In this document: positions 9,200 to 23,725 of the stretch, piece after piece
Position numbering within the stretch: the first letter of the stretch is position 1
How the letters are laid out: each line of letters begins with the position of its first letter
NCBI GenBank assembly: GCA_965246885.1
Contig: OZ251992.1
Coordinates: 1,440,001 to 1,504,000, forward strand
Reading direction: 5' to 3'
DNA from: Abditibacterium sp.
GTDB taxonomy: Bacteria; Armatimonadota; Abditibacteriia; Abditibacteriales; Abditibacteriaceae
DNA: 64,000 nucleotides
The notes under the pieces: generated by a model
What the model was told of the DNA's origin: nothing
Seen by the model: only the letters and a program-made list of their open reading frames with translations
Database searches by the model: none
Program-made: the position numbers and the translations under genes

Positions 9200-9463
9200 A
9201 AGCGGCCCGGCAATAACCAAGAGTGCGCGCCTTCTTTCATAAACAAAGCGTTCTTGCCCGTTGCGGTGGGCATTGTTAGATTTTTAGGTGTTAATGTTCT
9301 CTCCGCTTGCGTCTTGCCTCTTCCGAAAGCGCTCCGGCGCGGCGCGTCTGGCGTGAAGACGCCGCTTCCGCCACACTTTTACCCGCGACGCACCTTTTTC
9401 CGGCGCCAAACGTCCCGCTTTCGGGCCATTGCCCACTCGTAGCCCGTCCTTTCCGTAATTCCC

Positions 9464-14137
<4,674 letters not shown>

Positions 14138-14142
14138 GTTGG

Positions 14143-14175
14143 AAGCGCCGCGAACACGATGTTCGCGGCGCTTTT
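14143..14175 (+). terminator. Intrinsic terminator after gltB
   Basis: AAGCGCCGCGAACA-cga-TGTTCGCGGCGCTTTT. Confidence 0.75.
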
Positions 14176-14207
14176 GGTTTACTCGCTGACGGCGCAAATC
14201 CATCTTT

Positions 14208-15026
14208 ATGTTAGCCAGTCAACGCGAAGAAGAACTGCTGATACTGACCAAAACTTACCCTGGCCCCAGCACGAAATATCGGGAGACCGCGTGTGTTGCG
14301 GCTTTGACGCGGGTTGGAGAAATGCGTCGCTTGTTCCCTGTGCCCTTCCGCTTTCTGAGTGGAGAGGCGCGGTTTAAGAAATGGGAGTGGATTCGTGGTA
14401 TCGTCCGTAAAGCCAACAACGACCACCGCCCCGAAAGTTCGCGCCTTGATGTGGACTCGATTCAAAAGCTGAATCAAGAGGTTTCAACTGCTGATGGCTG
14501 GCGCGCACGGCGCGAGTCAATGGCGCCGCATCTAGTGTCTTCGTTCTCGGCGTTGGAAGCGAGGCGCCAAAATTCGGGGGAAACGCTGGGATTCATTCGC
14601 CCAAGCCGGTTGTTAGGTTTGGACATTACACCTGTCAAGAACCCCGACTGGACGGAGAAGGAGCGGCTCAACCTCACACAGCAGGTGCTTTTCGATGATG
14701 AGGAGTCTCGTCGCCGTCCGCCGCTTCGCAAGTTGCCGTTCGACTTCCATTATCGTTACGAGAGCGAAGACGAGCAAGGAACTATGGAACACCGCCACAT
14801 GATCACCGACTGGGAGGCGGGTGCCCTTTATTGGAACTGCGTTCGGAGCGCTGAAGCTGATTGGGAGAAACCTCTTCGAGAGAAGTTGGAGTCAAACTTC
14901 GCCGAAAAGGACTTGTTCCTGTTGATGGGAACGGTTCACCGTTTTCCCGACCAGTGGCTTATCATCGGTTTGATTTATCCGCCTAAAGCAAAGCCAACTG
15001 ACCAGATGGCAATGAGTTTCGATTGA
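14208..15026 (+). CDS. Conserved hypothetical protein, DUF488-associated (possibly dual-OB-fold)
   Basis: 272 aa; KTYP..S.KY.ET.CVA, RLFPVPFR, DHRPES, DWEAGALY and LMGT motifs; AT-richer than flanks. Confidence 0.75.
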   Translation: MLASQREEELLILTKTYPGPSTKYRETACVAALTRVGEMRRLFPVPFRFLSGEARFKKWEWIRGIVRKANNDHRPESSRLDVDSIQKLNQEVSTADGWRARRESMAPHLVSSFSALEARRQNSGETLGFIRPSRLLGLDITPVKNPDWTEKERLNLTQQVLFDDEESRRRPPLRKLPFDFHYRYESEDEQGTMEHRHMITDWEAGALYWNCVRSAEADWEKPLREKLESNFAEKDLFLLMGTVHRFPDQWLIIGLIYPPKAKPTDQMAMSFD

Positions 15027-15450
15027 GGTGGCGCACCTCGCACACTTCAACCCTTGAGATAGCTTCGGCAATGAACGAGCGGTGGCACAAGTTGAAGTCG
15101 GCCTCGAAGCAGACCAAACAGATGCGCGCCTCTTTGCCCAGTGCCGCGACAGCCTCGACTTCCTCACTCTGCATTTCCAAATGTTCAAGAAAGCAGCCGG
15201 TGTATCGCACCCAATCGCCCGACTCGCGGTATTCGTCACGGATGGGGTTGGGGCATCCCAATTTCTGGACGTGTTGGTATCCGATGTTCCGCCCTTGACA
15301 CGCAAGGGTCAGCGCCACTTTGGAGAAACCACTTTTGCGGCTCAACGGCTTTTCGCGCACATCCACTAAAACCTCGATTTCGTGTTCGACCAAAATCTCT
15401 AAAAATCGTTCCAAGGCCAATCCTTCGTAGCCCAGCGTGAAAATTTCCAT
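14983..15450 (-). CDS. DUF488 family protein
   Basis: IFTLGYEG, LVDVRE.PLSRK.GFSK and CLVCFEAD...CHRSFIA motifs. Confidence 0.88.
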   Translation of the reverse strand: MEIFTLGYEGLALERFLEILVEHEIEVLVDVREKPLSRKSGFSKVALTLACQGRNIGYQHVQKLGCPNPIRDEYRESGDWVRYTGCFLEHLEMQSEEVEAVAALGKEARICLVCFEADFNLCHRSFIAEAISRVEVCEVRHLNRNSLPSGQLALL

Positions 15451-15534
15451 CTGATTAGAGTAAAGCAAGCGGCCCCGACGAAACGACCCGCTCCTCGTGC
15501 GACATGCAGAATCGCCCACGCACACTAACACCCC

Positions 15535-16413
15535 ATGCAGCTATCTCTTTCGATTCAAAGTGACGGGGTGCGGGCGCTTTTAAGCCCCGATGCCTCGCAA
15601 AACGGCACGCTCGCGCGCAAGGCGTGGGTGCCGGGGAGTTCGGCGGGTCGGCAGTGGCTGGACGCGATAGAACTTTCGGGGCAATTATGCGCGCGCTCGG
15701 CGATAGAAACGGCGGCTTTGGAGCGGGCGGTCGTGGCGTTTGCCAGCCCGGTGTCGGCGGAGGGGGTGGTGCTGGAGGACTCGCGGTTTCGGGCGTGGCG
15801 GGGGTTCGATTTGACGCGCGGGGTGCGCGAACATTTGGGGGTGGCGAACGTGGCGGCGCTGTCGGTCGTCGAAGCGCGGGCGCGCTTCGAGGTGCGCTTT
15901 GGGGCGTTGCAAGGGTTGCAGTCGTGGCTCCATGTGGACATCGGCGAGCGGATCGAGTCGTGGGCGCGCTTGGGCGGCGTGGACGTGCCGGGAACGCATG
16001 TGGGCGCGCTGATTATCGAGCGCGACGGGGCGCTGGACGAGTGGGGCAGGCGGGGCAGTTTGAACGCTTACTGCTCGGATGAATCGCTGCGCGCGCGGGC
16101 GCAATCGAGCGGTTTGGGGAGCGAATCGCCCGCGCGCTTGTTCGAGTTGGCCTCTTCCAACTTCGCCGCGCAGTCGTTGTGCGACGATTTCTGCGCGCGC
16201 TTGGCGCAGGGCCTTTCAAACTGCGTCGCAGTTTACGGCAGTCTGCCGGTGTGCATCGGCGGCGATTTGGTGCGCGCGGCGTGGCCGCTCGTGTGGCCGC
16301 GCTTGGAGCCAGCGTGCCGCGCGAGTTGGCCGCCGCGCGCAGCGTTTTCGATTCTTCCGGCGACGGGGGACGCCGACAGCGCCTTGTGGGGCGCACTTTC
16401 CAACGCGCAGTGA
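15535..16413 (+). CDS. Divergent ROK family protein
   Basis: G.RGSLNAYCS, IGG and SALWGA ROK-like elements; upstream of pgi. Confidence 0.6.
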   Translation: MQLSLSIQSDGVRALLSPDASQNGTLARKAWVPGSSAGRQWLDAIELSGQLCARSAIETAALERAVVAFASPVSAEGVVLEDSRFRAWRGFDLTRGVREHLGVANVAALSVVEARARFEVRFGALQGLQSWLHVDIGERIESWARLGGVDVPGTHVGALIIERDGALDEWGRRGSLNAYCSDESLRARAQSSGLGSESPARLFELASSNFAAQSLCDDFCARLAQGLSNCVAVYGSLPVCIGGDLVRAAWPLVWPRLEPACRASWPPRAAFSILPATGDADSALWGALSNAQ

Positions 16414-16500
16414 GGCGGCGAAAACCGGGGTATTTCCGCATGCCACATTCCCCGCCCCGCACCCGACGGCGGCCCCCAAACCGCACACTGGCACCCCCTG

Positions 16501-18072
16501 ATGCACACTCCACTTTCCTTGTGGGAGCGTTTTAAAGCGACTTCCTTTTTCGATGCCGAGACCCGCTTCTCGTTGGATATTTCGCGCGTCGAGTTTCCCG
16601 ACGGCTTTTTCGCCGATTTCGAGCCGAAGTTGCAAGCGGCCTACGCGCTTATGGACGGGTTGGAGCGCGGCGACATCGCTAACCCCGACGAAAACCGCCG
16701 CGTCGGGCACTATTGGCTCCGCGACTCCGCGCTTGCGCCCGATGGGTTGGGCGCCCAAATCGAAAAGGTGCTGACCGACATCGAAACCTTCGCCGCCTCC
16801 GTTCATAAGGGCGACACAATGGCCCAAGACGGCGGCAAATTCCGACACCTCCTGCTGATTGGCATTGGTGGTAGCGCCTTGGGGCCGCAGTTCGTGACCG
16901 GCGCGCTGGGCCAACCGGGGCGCGACGCGATGGGCGTGTCGTTTTTCGACAACACCGACCCCGACGGCATTGAGCGCACCCTCGCCCGCATCGGCGATGG
17001 GCTGAAAGAAACCCTCGTCGTGGTGATTTCCAAGTCGGGTGGCACCAAAGAAACGCGCAACGGCATGCTCGAAGCGCAGGCCGCCTTCCACGAAATGGGC
17101 CTTGACTTCGGGCGCCACGCCGTCGCCGTGACTGAACCGGGCAGCCAACTGGACAGGGTCGCGGACGCCGAAAGGTGGCTCGCGCGCTTTCCGATGTTCG
17201 ACTGGATCGGCGGGCGCACGTCCGAACTTTCGGCGGTTGGTCTGCTTCCTGCGGCCTTACAGGGCTTCGATATTCGCGGCCTCTTAGCGGGCGCCAAGGC
17301 GATGGACGCTCTCACGCGGCGCCACGAAACGCACCTCAACCCCGCCGCACTGATGGCGGCGGTGTGGTTCTTTGAGACCGGCGGCAAGGGCGAGAAAGAT
17401 ATGGTCGTCCTGCCGTACAAAGACCGCTTGGAACTTTTCTCCCGGTATTTGCAACAACTGGTGATGGAATCCCTCGGCAAAGCGAAGAACCTCAAGGGAG
17501 AAGTCGTCCATCAAGGCATTGCCGTGTATGGCAACAAAGGTTCCACCGACCAACACGCCTATGTCCAACAGTTGCGCGATGGCGTCAACAACTTCTTCGC
17601 CGTGTTCATCGAAGTTCTCAAAGAGCGCGACGGCGCTTCCTTAGAAGTGGAGCCGGGCATCACTGCGGGGGACTATTTGTCAGGATTTCTTTATGGCACG
17701 CGCCGCGCGCTCTATGAAGGCGAGCGCGGTTCCATTACCGTTGCCATCGAACGCGTCGAGCCGCAAACAGTGGGAATGTTGATCGCCCTTTTCGAGCGCG
17801 CGGTTGGCTTGTATGGTTTCCTTGTGAACATCAACGCTTATCACCAACCGGGCGTTGAAGCAGGCAAGAAGGCCGCGCAAAGTATCATCGAAATGCAAAC
17901 GCGGTTGTTGCAAGTGTTGGACGACACTACCGGCACTGCCGAGCAGTTCGCCGTCGCCATTGGCGCAAGCGAAAAGGCCGAGGACTGCTTCCACATCCTG
18001 CGCCATCTCGCCGCCAATGGCCGCGCCCAGATGGACGGCTTCGGGCCGGACGCGAGTTTCGCCAAGGCGTGA
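16501..18072 (+). CDS. pgi: Glucose-6-phosphate isomerase
   Basis: [33 protein letters not shown] and QPGVEAGK motifs. Confidence 0.96.
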   Translation: MHTPLSLWERFKATSFFDAETRFSLDISRVEFPDGFFADFEPKLQAAYALMDGLERGDIANPDENRRVGHYWLRDSALAPDGLGAQIEKVLTDIETFAASVHKGDTMAQDGGKFRHLLLIGIGGSALGPQFVTGALGQPGRDAMGVSFFDNTDPDGIERTLARIGDGLKETLVVVISKSGGTKETRNGMLEAQAAFHEMGLDFGRHAVAVTEPGSQLDRVADAERWLARFPMFDWIGGRTSELSAVGLLPAALQGFDIRGLLAGAKAMDALTRRHETHLNPAALMAAVWFFETGGKGEKDMVVLPYKDRLELFSRYLQQLVMESLGKAKNLKGEVVHQGIAVYGNKGSTDQHAYVQQLRDGVNNFFAVFIEVLKERDGASLEVEPGITAGDYLSGFLYGTRRALYEGERGSITVAIERVEPQTVGMLIALFERAVGLYGFLVNINAYHQPGVEAGKKAAQSIIEMQTRLLQVLDDTTGTAEQFAVAIGASEKAEDCFHILRHLAANGRAQMDGFGPDASFAKA

Positions 18073-18074
18073 AA

Positions 18075-18255
18075 GAACGCGCTAAACCCACCATTGAACT
18101 GCGCGCGCGAGCCGTTGGCCCGCAGGATTCTTTCATCGGCGCAGCTACGGGAATTACTGACAGACACGCGCGGACGGTCGGCGCGCATGCCGGAGCCACC
18201 CGCGTGCATGCGGCGACCGTCGGCAGACGTGCGGGAAGCGCCCGCGCGCGTCTGT
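18075..18255. repeat. Degenerate 21-nt repeat array
   Basis: Contains CGCAGGATTCTTTCATCGG (reverse of the shared unit) and periodic cgcg motifs. Confidence 0.4.
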
Positions 18256-18314
18256 GATTCTTCCACCGGCCCCGGCGCTTCCCCGAAAAGCTCGAATCGC
18301 TCAAACTGGCGCTC

Positions 18315-19517
18315 ATGCTTTACCCGCTTCGCTTCAAGCCATTCCTCAAGTTCTACCCTTACGGCGGCCACCGCTTCGCCGAGGTGCTGGAAATAGACGT
18401 TCCCCGCGACCGCCCCATCGCCGAAACGTGGGAGGTCGCCGATCACGGGCCGGAGCAATCCGTTGTCATCAACGGCTCCCTCGCCGGGCGCACGCTACGC
18501 GAACTGATGACGCAGTTCGGAAGCGAACTGGTCGGCGGCGAAGTCTGGGCGCGTTATGGTGACTACTTTCCCCTGTTGGTCAAGTTCCTCGACTGCGACA
18601 AGCGCTTGCCCGCGCACATGCACCCCGACGACGACACGGCGCGCGCGCTTGGTTTGGGCGATACGGGCAAATCGGAAGCGTGGTACATCGTGCGCGCCGA
18701 TGCGAGCGCCACAGCTTATGTCGGTGCCCTGCCGGGGCTGGGCGCCGAAGAGTTTACTCAAGCCATCCACGCGGGCAACCCCTACGACGGCGTGATGAAG
18801 CACGTCCCGACGCGCACCGGTGATACCTATTTCGTGCCGCCCGGTCGCTTGCACGGACTCGACGCCGGGAATCTGGCCTTTGAAATTCAGCAGAACTCTG
18901 ACGCCGGGTTTGGCTGGGAGTGGGCCGGATTCGTCGAAGCGGGCGTCGTTTCAGCCGAAGACGCCGCGCGCCATAAGCCCTTGGCCGTTGCGCACGCCTT
19001 GTATGAAGACGGCCTGCAAGAGCAAACGCGCGAAGTCGTCCTACAAGAAGACGACGACGAGCGCGCCTTTTGTTGCGCGTGCAAGTACTTCGTTTTGGAG
19101 CGCCTCAAGATACGCGGCAACACCGACTTCCACGACCCGCAAGCGCGCTTCAACACTTTCACGGTCATCTCAGGCGCCGCGAACTTTTCGGGTGGCGGCG
19201 AAGTCGCTTTCGCTAAGCGCGGCGAATCGCTGCTTATCCCTGCCGGAGTCGCCGTCAAAATCGAGCCGAACGCCCTCGCGGGCGCCGGAGAAGTCGAAAT
19301 ACTGCGCTGCTACGTCCCCGACTTGCAGCGCGACGTGGTGGACTTTCTGCGCGCAAGCGGCGTAAGTGACACCGACATCGCGTGGCTTGGCTCGTATGGT
19401 TCGGGCAACGACCTGTTGGGCTTATTGGGCCTGCCGCAAGCCCTATTCGATGTCACCACAAGCGAGCGCCACCAAGCGGCGTTGGAACACCGCGACTCGC
19501 GCGACGAGACTTCCTGA
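18315..19517 (+). CDS. Class I mannose-6-phosphate isomerase-like cupin protein
   Basis: IAETWE, FPLLVKFLD, HMHPDD, GKSEAWYI, PPGRLH and EIQQNSD motifs. Confidence 0.85.
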   Translation: MLYPLRFKPFLKFYPYGGHRFAEVLEIDVPRDRPIAETWEVADHGPEQSVVINGSLAGRTLRELMTQFGSELVGGEVWARYGDYFPLLVKFLDCDKRLPAHMHPDDDTARALGLGDTGKSEAWYIVRADASATAYVGALPGLGAEEFTQAIHAGNPYDGVMKHVPTRTGDTYFVPPGRLHGLDAGNLAFEIQQNSDAGFGWEWAGFVEAGVVSAEDAARHKPLAVAHALYEDGLQEQTREVVLQEDDDERAFCCACKYFVLERLKIRGNTDFHDPQARFNTFTVISGAANFSGGGEVAFAKRGESLLIPAGVAVKIEPNALAGAGEVEILRCYVPDLQRDVVDFLRASGVSDTDIAWLGSYGSGNDLLGLLGLPQALFDVTTSERHQAALEHRDSRDETS

Positions 19518-19538
19518 GCGCGCGCTGTGGCCAAAGTT

Positions 19539-19611
19539 TGCGGGTGGAGGGACTCGAACCCCCAGAAACCAGTTCCTAAGACTGGCGCGTCTGCCATTTC
19601 GCCACACCCGC
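19539..19611 (-). tRNA. tRNA-Leu(TAG) with short variable loop; CCA not encoded
   Basis: GCGGGTG-TG-GCGAAATGGCAGACGC-G-CCAGT-CTTAGGA-ACTGG-TTTCT-GGGGG-TTCGAGT-CCCTC-CACCCGC-A folds into a full cloverleaf. Confidence 0.92.
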
Positions 19612-19725
19612 GCTTCTCTTTGCGCCGCGCGGATTCTAATAGAGAAAACGCGGAGCGGAAGTGGCAAGAAGTATAGACTGACCCATAGCAGTCGCAAGGC
19701 GGCAAGCGCATGAGCGACACCCATC

Positions 19726-20820
19726 ATGGCCGAAGTCTCCGAATTCTCTTTAGCGCAACGTCCGGCGCCGCGCGTGTTGGTGTTGGAACTCGAAGCCGCC
19801 CATAAAAACGGCGGCCCGCGTGGGCGCGCCCCCGAAAGCGCCCTGCGCCGCATCGGGAACGTCGCCTCGCAGTCGGGGCACCGCGTCGTCTTTGCGGGTG
19901 AGCCGAGACTCATTGACGGCCTCGCGCCCGAAGTGGTCTTGCTCGATGCGACGGCGCCCGGAGCGGCGCTGTCGCTCGACTTAGTGCGCGCCGACGACGC
20001 CACCCGAAGCTCGTCGGTTGTCGCCGTGCATCAGCGCAAAACGCGCGAAGAAGCGTTGCAGGCTTTGCGCTTGCAAAGCTCCGACGAGTTTTTGGCGGAG
20101 GATGCTCCGCGCTTTGAGTGCTCCGCTCGCATCGAAGCGGGGGCCGCGATGTGCCGCGCGCGCGCCGAAATACAAGACTTGCGCGAGACCATCCACCGTC
20201 AAACCCGCGTGGACGACCTGACGGGCGTGATGAGCCGCCGCTTTTTCTTCCAGCAAGCGCAGCGCGAGTGCTCCCGCTCGCGGCGCTACGGCCACCCCCT
20301 GTCGTGTCTGATGCTCGAAGTCAATCACTTCAAGTTGATCTGCTCGAATCTGGGCGACATGACGGGCGAGCAGATATTGCGCTCGACGGCCAACATCATC
20401 GGGCAATGGACGCGCGACTCCGACTGGGTAGCGCGCTTTGCCGACGCCAAGTTCGCCGTCTTGTTGCCGGAAACCGACCTCGAAGGCGCAACAGGCGCGC
20501 GCGAAAAGCTGCAACGGGCGCTGGGCGCGCATGATTGGACGCGCGGTGAAGCCACTTTGCCTATCTCCTTTTCGGTTGGCGAAGCGCAGTTCCACCCCGG
20601 CTCGGCGTTTCGCTCGCAGTCGAGCGAGTTCATCTCGGAGTCGGACGAATCCGGCGACGCGGCGCTGTCGACGCGCGAAGCCCTCGCGGGCTTACTCGAA
20701 GATGCCGACGCCGCGCTGTATATTGCCCGCAAATCGGCGCGCGTGCCGGAAATGTTCGTGGCTTATACGCCCGCCGGGAACCCCGATGCCGATGGCTTTG
20801 CGCCGCGTTATGTGGAATGA
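19726..20820 (+). CDS. Receiver-like plus degenerate GGDEF domain protein
   Basis: DDLTGVMSRR, FKLIC..LG...GE.IL, ARF-ADAKF-AVLLP (GGDEF motif replaced). Confidence 0.85.
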   Translation: MAEVSEFSLAQRPAPRVLVLELEAAHKNGGPRGRAPESALRRIGNVASQSGHRVVFAGEPRLIDGLAPEVVLLDATAPGAALSLDLVRADDATRSSSVVAVHQRKTREEALQALRLQSSDEFLAEDAPRFECSARIEAGAAMCRARAEIQDLRETIHRQTRVDDLTGVMSRRFFFQQAQRECSRSRRYGHPLSCLMLEVNHFKLICSNLGDMTGEQILRSTANIIGQWTRDSDWVARFADAKFAVLLPETDLEGATGAREKLQRALGAHDWTRGEATLPISFSVGEAQFHPGSAFRSQSSEFISESDESGDAALSTREALAGLLEDADAALYIARKSARVPEMFVAYTPAGNPDADGFAPRYVE

Positions 20821-20858
20821 GCGCCCCCGGTTCCCCCTAAGGCGCTATATTGGAAGAG

Positions 20859-21065
20859 ATGAAAACCGAACTGCAAATTGAAGGCATGACCTGCGAGGCG
20901 TGCGTGGGCATCGTCGCGGGTGCCCTGCGCAACGTCGAAGGCGTGACGCGCGCCTTCGTTGACCTCGACACCAAGCGCGCTGAAGTCGAAGGCGAAGACT
21001 ATGACAGCGCCGACCTGCTTGAAGCCGTCGAGGAAGAAGGCTACGAAGCGCGGATTATCAAATAA
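20859..21065 (+). CDS. Heavy-metal-associated (CopZ-like) chaperone
   Basis: IEGMTCEAC motif; EEGY C-terminus. Confidence 0.88.
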   Translation: MKTELQIEGMTCEACVGIVAGALRNVEGVTRAFVDLDTKRAEVEGEDYDSADLLEAVEEEGYEARIIK

Positions 21066-21087
21066 CTGCTTCCTTTATTTTCCGCCA

Positions 21088-21633
21088 ATGACCCGCGCCC
21101 AAGCCCTCGCCGCTTCGCCCGCGCCGCCCGCTGTTTTGGAGGAGCAGACGCTACTCAGCATCCCCTTCTGCGACTTCGCGGGCCAAACGCGCGTCGGGCA
21201 ACTGGTGCTGCACCGCGAGTTGGCGGGGGAAGTCGCCGAACTGTTCCGCTTGCTACTCGTCGCGCGCTTTCCCATCGGCCAGATGACGCCGGTTGTGGCC
21301 TTCGGGTGGAGCGACGACGCTTCGATGGCGGCCAACAACTGCTCCAGCTTTAATTACCGCGTCAAAGTCGGCAAGACGGAACTGTCCGCGCACGCGACGG
21401 GCCGCGCCCTCGACATCAACCCGCTCCAGAACCCCTACATCTCCGGCGCCCTCTCCCTGCCGCCGGATGCTCGCTACGACCCGAACGCGCCCGGAACCCT
21501 GCTGCCCGACGGCATAGCGGTGGGGTTCTTGGAAAGTCGCGGCTGGACGTGGGGCGGGCGCTGGACGACACTTCAAGACTTCCATCATTTCGAGAAACCC
21601 GCGCCCCGTCACCATGAAATCGGCCAGCAATAA
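21088..21633 (+). CDS. M15 family metallopeptidase
   Basis: SSFNYR, SAHATGRALDINP, WTWGGRW and DFHHFE motifs. Confidence 0.88.
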   Translation: MTRAQALAASPAPPAVLEEQTLLSIPFCDFAGQTRVGQLVLHRELAGEVAELFRLLLVARFPIGQMTPVVAFGWSDDASMAANNCSSFNYRVKVGKTELSAHATGRALDINPLQNPYISGALSLPPDARYDPNAPGTLLPDGIAVGFLESRGWTWGGRWTTLQDFHHFEKPAPRHHEIGQQ

Positions 21634-22054
21634 GCCCCCCGCCAAACCTCGCAAACCGGCCAACCCCGAAGCGCCGACCCAGTGGCACCGCCGTTTGGCG
21701 CGCCTCGTCGGGCGCAAGTGGGGCGTGCAGATGGATCCGCGCGGTAATGTGAGCGAAGGGGTGCTTGATGGCCGCGTCATCGCCATTCGCTGCGCCAAGT
21801 CGAAAACCCCGCCCATCACCGTGACCGCCGCTACGCTCGAACGGGTGCACGAAGTCTGGGGCGTCTTTCTGACGCAAACCGACGCCGCCCAAATCTACGC
21901 CCTGAGCGCCGCGCAGTTCAAACGCACCGCCAGCTTCTACTCCCCCCGCAACGGCCAGCCCCACTACACCGCCCGCCTCAGCCGCTTCGCCCGCCACGCC
22001 CGCCTCATCGGAACAGTGCCGGAAGAGGAAGTGGGGGAAATTGGCATCCCGTGA
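21614..22054 (+). CDS. Hypothetical protein
   Basis: 146-aa ORF overlapping both neighbours in operon style; GC3-biased codons. Confidence 0.6.
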   Translation: MKSASNKPPAKPRKPANPEAPTQWHRRLARLVGRKWGVQMDPRGNVSEGVLDGRVIAIRCAKSKTPPITVTAATLERVHEVWGVFLTQTDAAQIYALSAAQFKRTASFYSPRNGQPHYTARLSRFARHARLIGTVPEEEVGEIGIP

Positions 22055-22539
22055 AGCCGAGAGAAGGCACAAATGCAATGGAACTCGAAGCCTCAACCGA
22101 TGAATGGCCTGCTGACCAGTGGCCGCGCTTTGTCGAACTGTTGCGCGCGTTTTGCCTGAGCGATGCCGAACAGGATGCCCTGTTTCCCGACTTGCAAGAG
22201 CCGCGCTATCATGCGTCCAACGAGGGCGACGGCTATACGCTCTGCTCTTATTCCCCGGTGTTCTCCGACGTCTATGACTTGTGCGCCGCTTACTTCTTTC
22301 GATGCGAAGAGGACGACCGCCAGATGTTTCTCCGCATTTCTGCGCTCTTCCGGCGCGCAGATGAGCAGGTTCTAGAGCCAGTGAAAGGGCGCGAGTTCCC
22401 CCACGCGCCGCGCACCAACCATACCGCACTCCGAAAAATACGGCCCGAACTGCGCGCGTTATGCTTGGAGGCGCTCACGTTTTGGGACGAGGAAATTAGG
22501 GCGCCGACGATGAGTTGGGAAGAAATGGTGCCGCAGTGA
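22051..22539 (+). CDS. Hypothetical protein
   Basis: GTGA-coupled ORF with protein-like composition; alternative ATG at 22078. Confidence 0.55.
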   Translation: MKPREGTNAMELEASTDEWPADQWPRFVELLRAFCLSDAEQDALFPDLQEPRYHASNEGDGYTLCSYSPVFSDVYDLCAAYFFRCEEDDRQMFLRISALFRRADEQVLEPVKGREFPHAPRTNHTALRKIRPELRALCLEALTFWDEEIRAPTMSWEEMVPQ

Positions 22540-22546
22540 CGGCGCT

Positions 22547-23650
22547 TCACTCCCCATAAACCCTCACCACATGCGCGCCAGCCGCCAGCCTTCGCATCGG
22601 GAAGCGGGCTTCGTCGCCGATTTGGACGCTGGGAACATTCGTCACATCAAGAAAGGAGGTTTGCATGGCGAAGCGGCCCACGAAGGGGACGGTTTGGCCG
22701 CGCAGGGTTGCGGTGCGGCCAAGGAGCGGGTTCTTTTGCAAGCGGGCGGCGCGCTCCAACCCGGCGCGGATGGCGGAGAGAGGCGTTTCGGGGCGCGCGC
22801 GCGGTTCGAGTGTCAGGCCGTCGGCGAACCCGGCGGCGAGGACGGCAATGGTCGCGTCGGATTTGGCCGTCCACTCGCCGCCGTAACCAACGCGCTCACC
22901 GGCCCGTAGCTTTTGGATGGCGACCACACGCGCGACCGGAGAGAACGGGTCGCGCAGCTTCAAGTCGTACTTCTTTTGCAGCCAAGGCGCGGGATATTGG
23001 CCGTAGAGCAGGGTGCCGGGGCGCACGAAATCCATGCGCATGTCGGGGAAGCGAAGCAGGGCGGCGGAGTTGCAGGCGTGGTAACGGCGGCCCGTCGCGC
23101 CGTACACGGCGTCTTGAAACAACGCGAACTGTGTTTGCGTCGGCGCTTCGTTGGGGTTGGCAGCGTCCGCGAAGTGCGTGAACACGGCTTCCAAGGCGAA
23201 GTTCGGGAGTTTGTTGGTGCGCCCTAAAATCTCGGCGACGCGCTTGGGCGAGGCGCCGAAACGGTTCATGCCTGTATTGACTTTCAGATGGGCGCGAGCG
23301 ACTTTGCCCAACGTCGCGGCGACCTGCTGAAACTCGGCGCACTCCTCGAAACTTTGGACGCACGCCGTCAAATCGTGGGTGACAACCTCGGCGCGCTCGT
23401 CAGGCGAGGGCGGCGCAAGCAGCAAAATCGGGGTCTCGATGCCTGCCGCACGCAGTTCCAACCCTTCCTCCAAGCGCGTGACGGCGAGCATATTCGCGCC
23501 TTCCTCGGCGAACACGCGCGCGCACTCGACGGCGCCGCAACCATAGGCGTTGGCCTTCACAACGGCAATAATGCCCGTGCCCGCGAGTTGCCGGACGGCG
23601 CGAAAGTTGTGGCGCAACGCGGCGCGGGAAATGTCAATCCACAATTGCAT
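22547..23650 (-). CDS. alr: Alanine racemase
   Basis: AVVKANAYGCG, HLKVNTGMNRFG, FTHFA, VRPGTLLYG and VGYGG motifs. Confidence 0.93.
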   Translation of the reverse strand: MQLWIDISRAALRHNFRAVRQLAGTGIIAVVKANAYGCGAVECARVFAEEGANMLAVTRLEEGLELRAAGIETPILLLAPPSPDERAEVVTHDLTACVQSFEECAEFQQVAATLGKVARAHLKVNTGMNRFGASPKRVAEILGRTNKLPNFALEAVFTHFADAANPNEAPTQTQFALFQDAVYGATGRRYHACNSAALLRFPDMRMDFVRPGTLLYGQYPAPWLQKKYDLKLRDPFSPVARVVAIQKLRAGERVGYGGEWTAKSDATIAVLAAGFADGLTLEPRARPETPLSAIRAGLERAARLQKNPLLGRTATLRGQTVPFVGRFAMQTSFLDVTNVPSVQIGDEARFPMRRLAAGAHVVRVYGE

Positions 23651-23725
23651 AGCGGAGAGAGGATAGAATCGAGAGGTTAGAGGTTAGGAGGACACACGTA
23701 GCTTCTAACCTCCAACCTCTGGGTT

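Noticed and set aside
14138..14207. Missing gltD after gltB (and missing ilvN after ilvB) as a novelty
   Set aside because: Unlinked small subunits or ferredoxin-dependent enzymes are common, and this cannot be judged from one window
19500..19720. Integrative element at tRNA-Leu
   Set aside because: No integrase and no duplicated tRNA 3' end seen in the window
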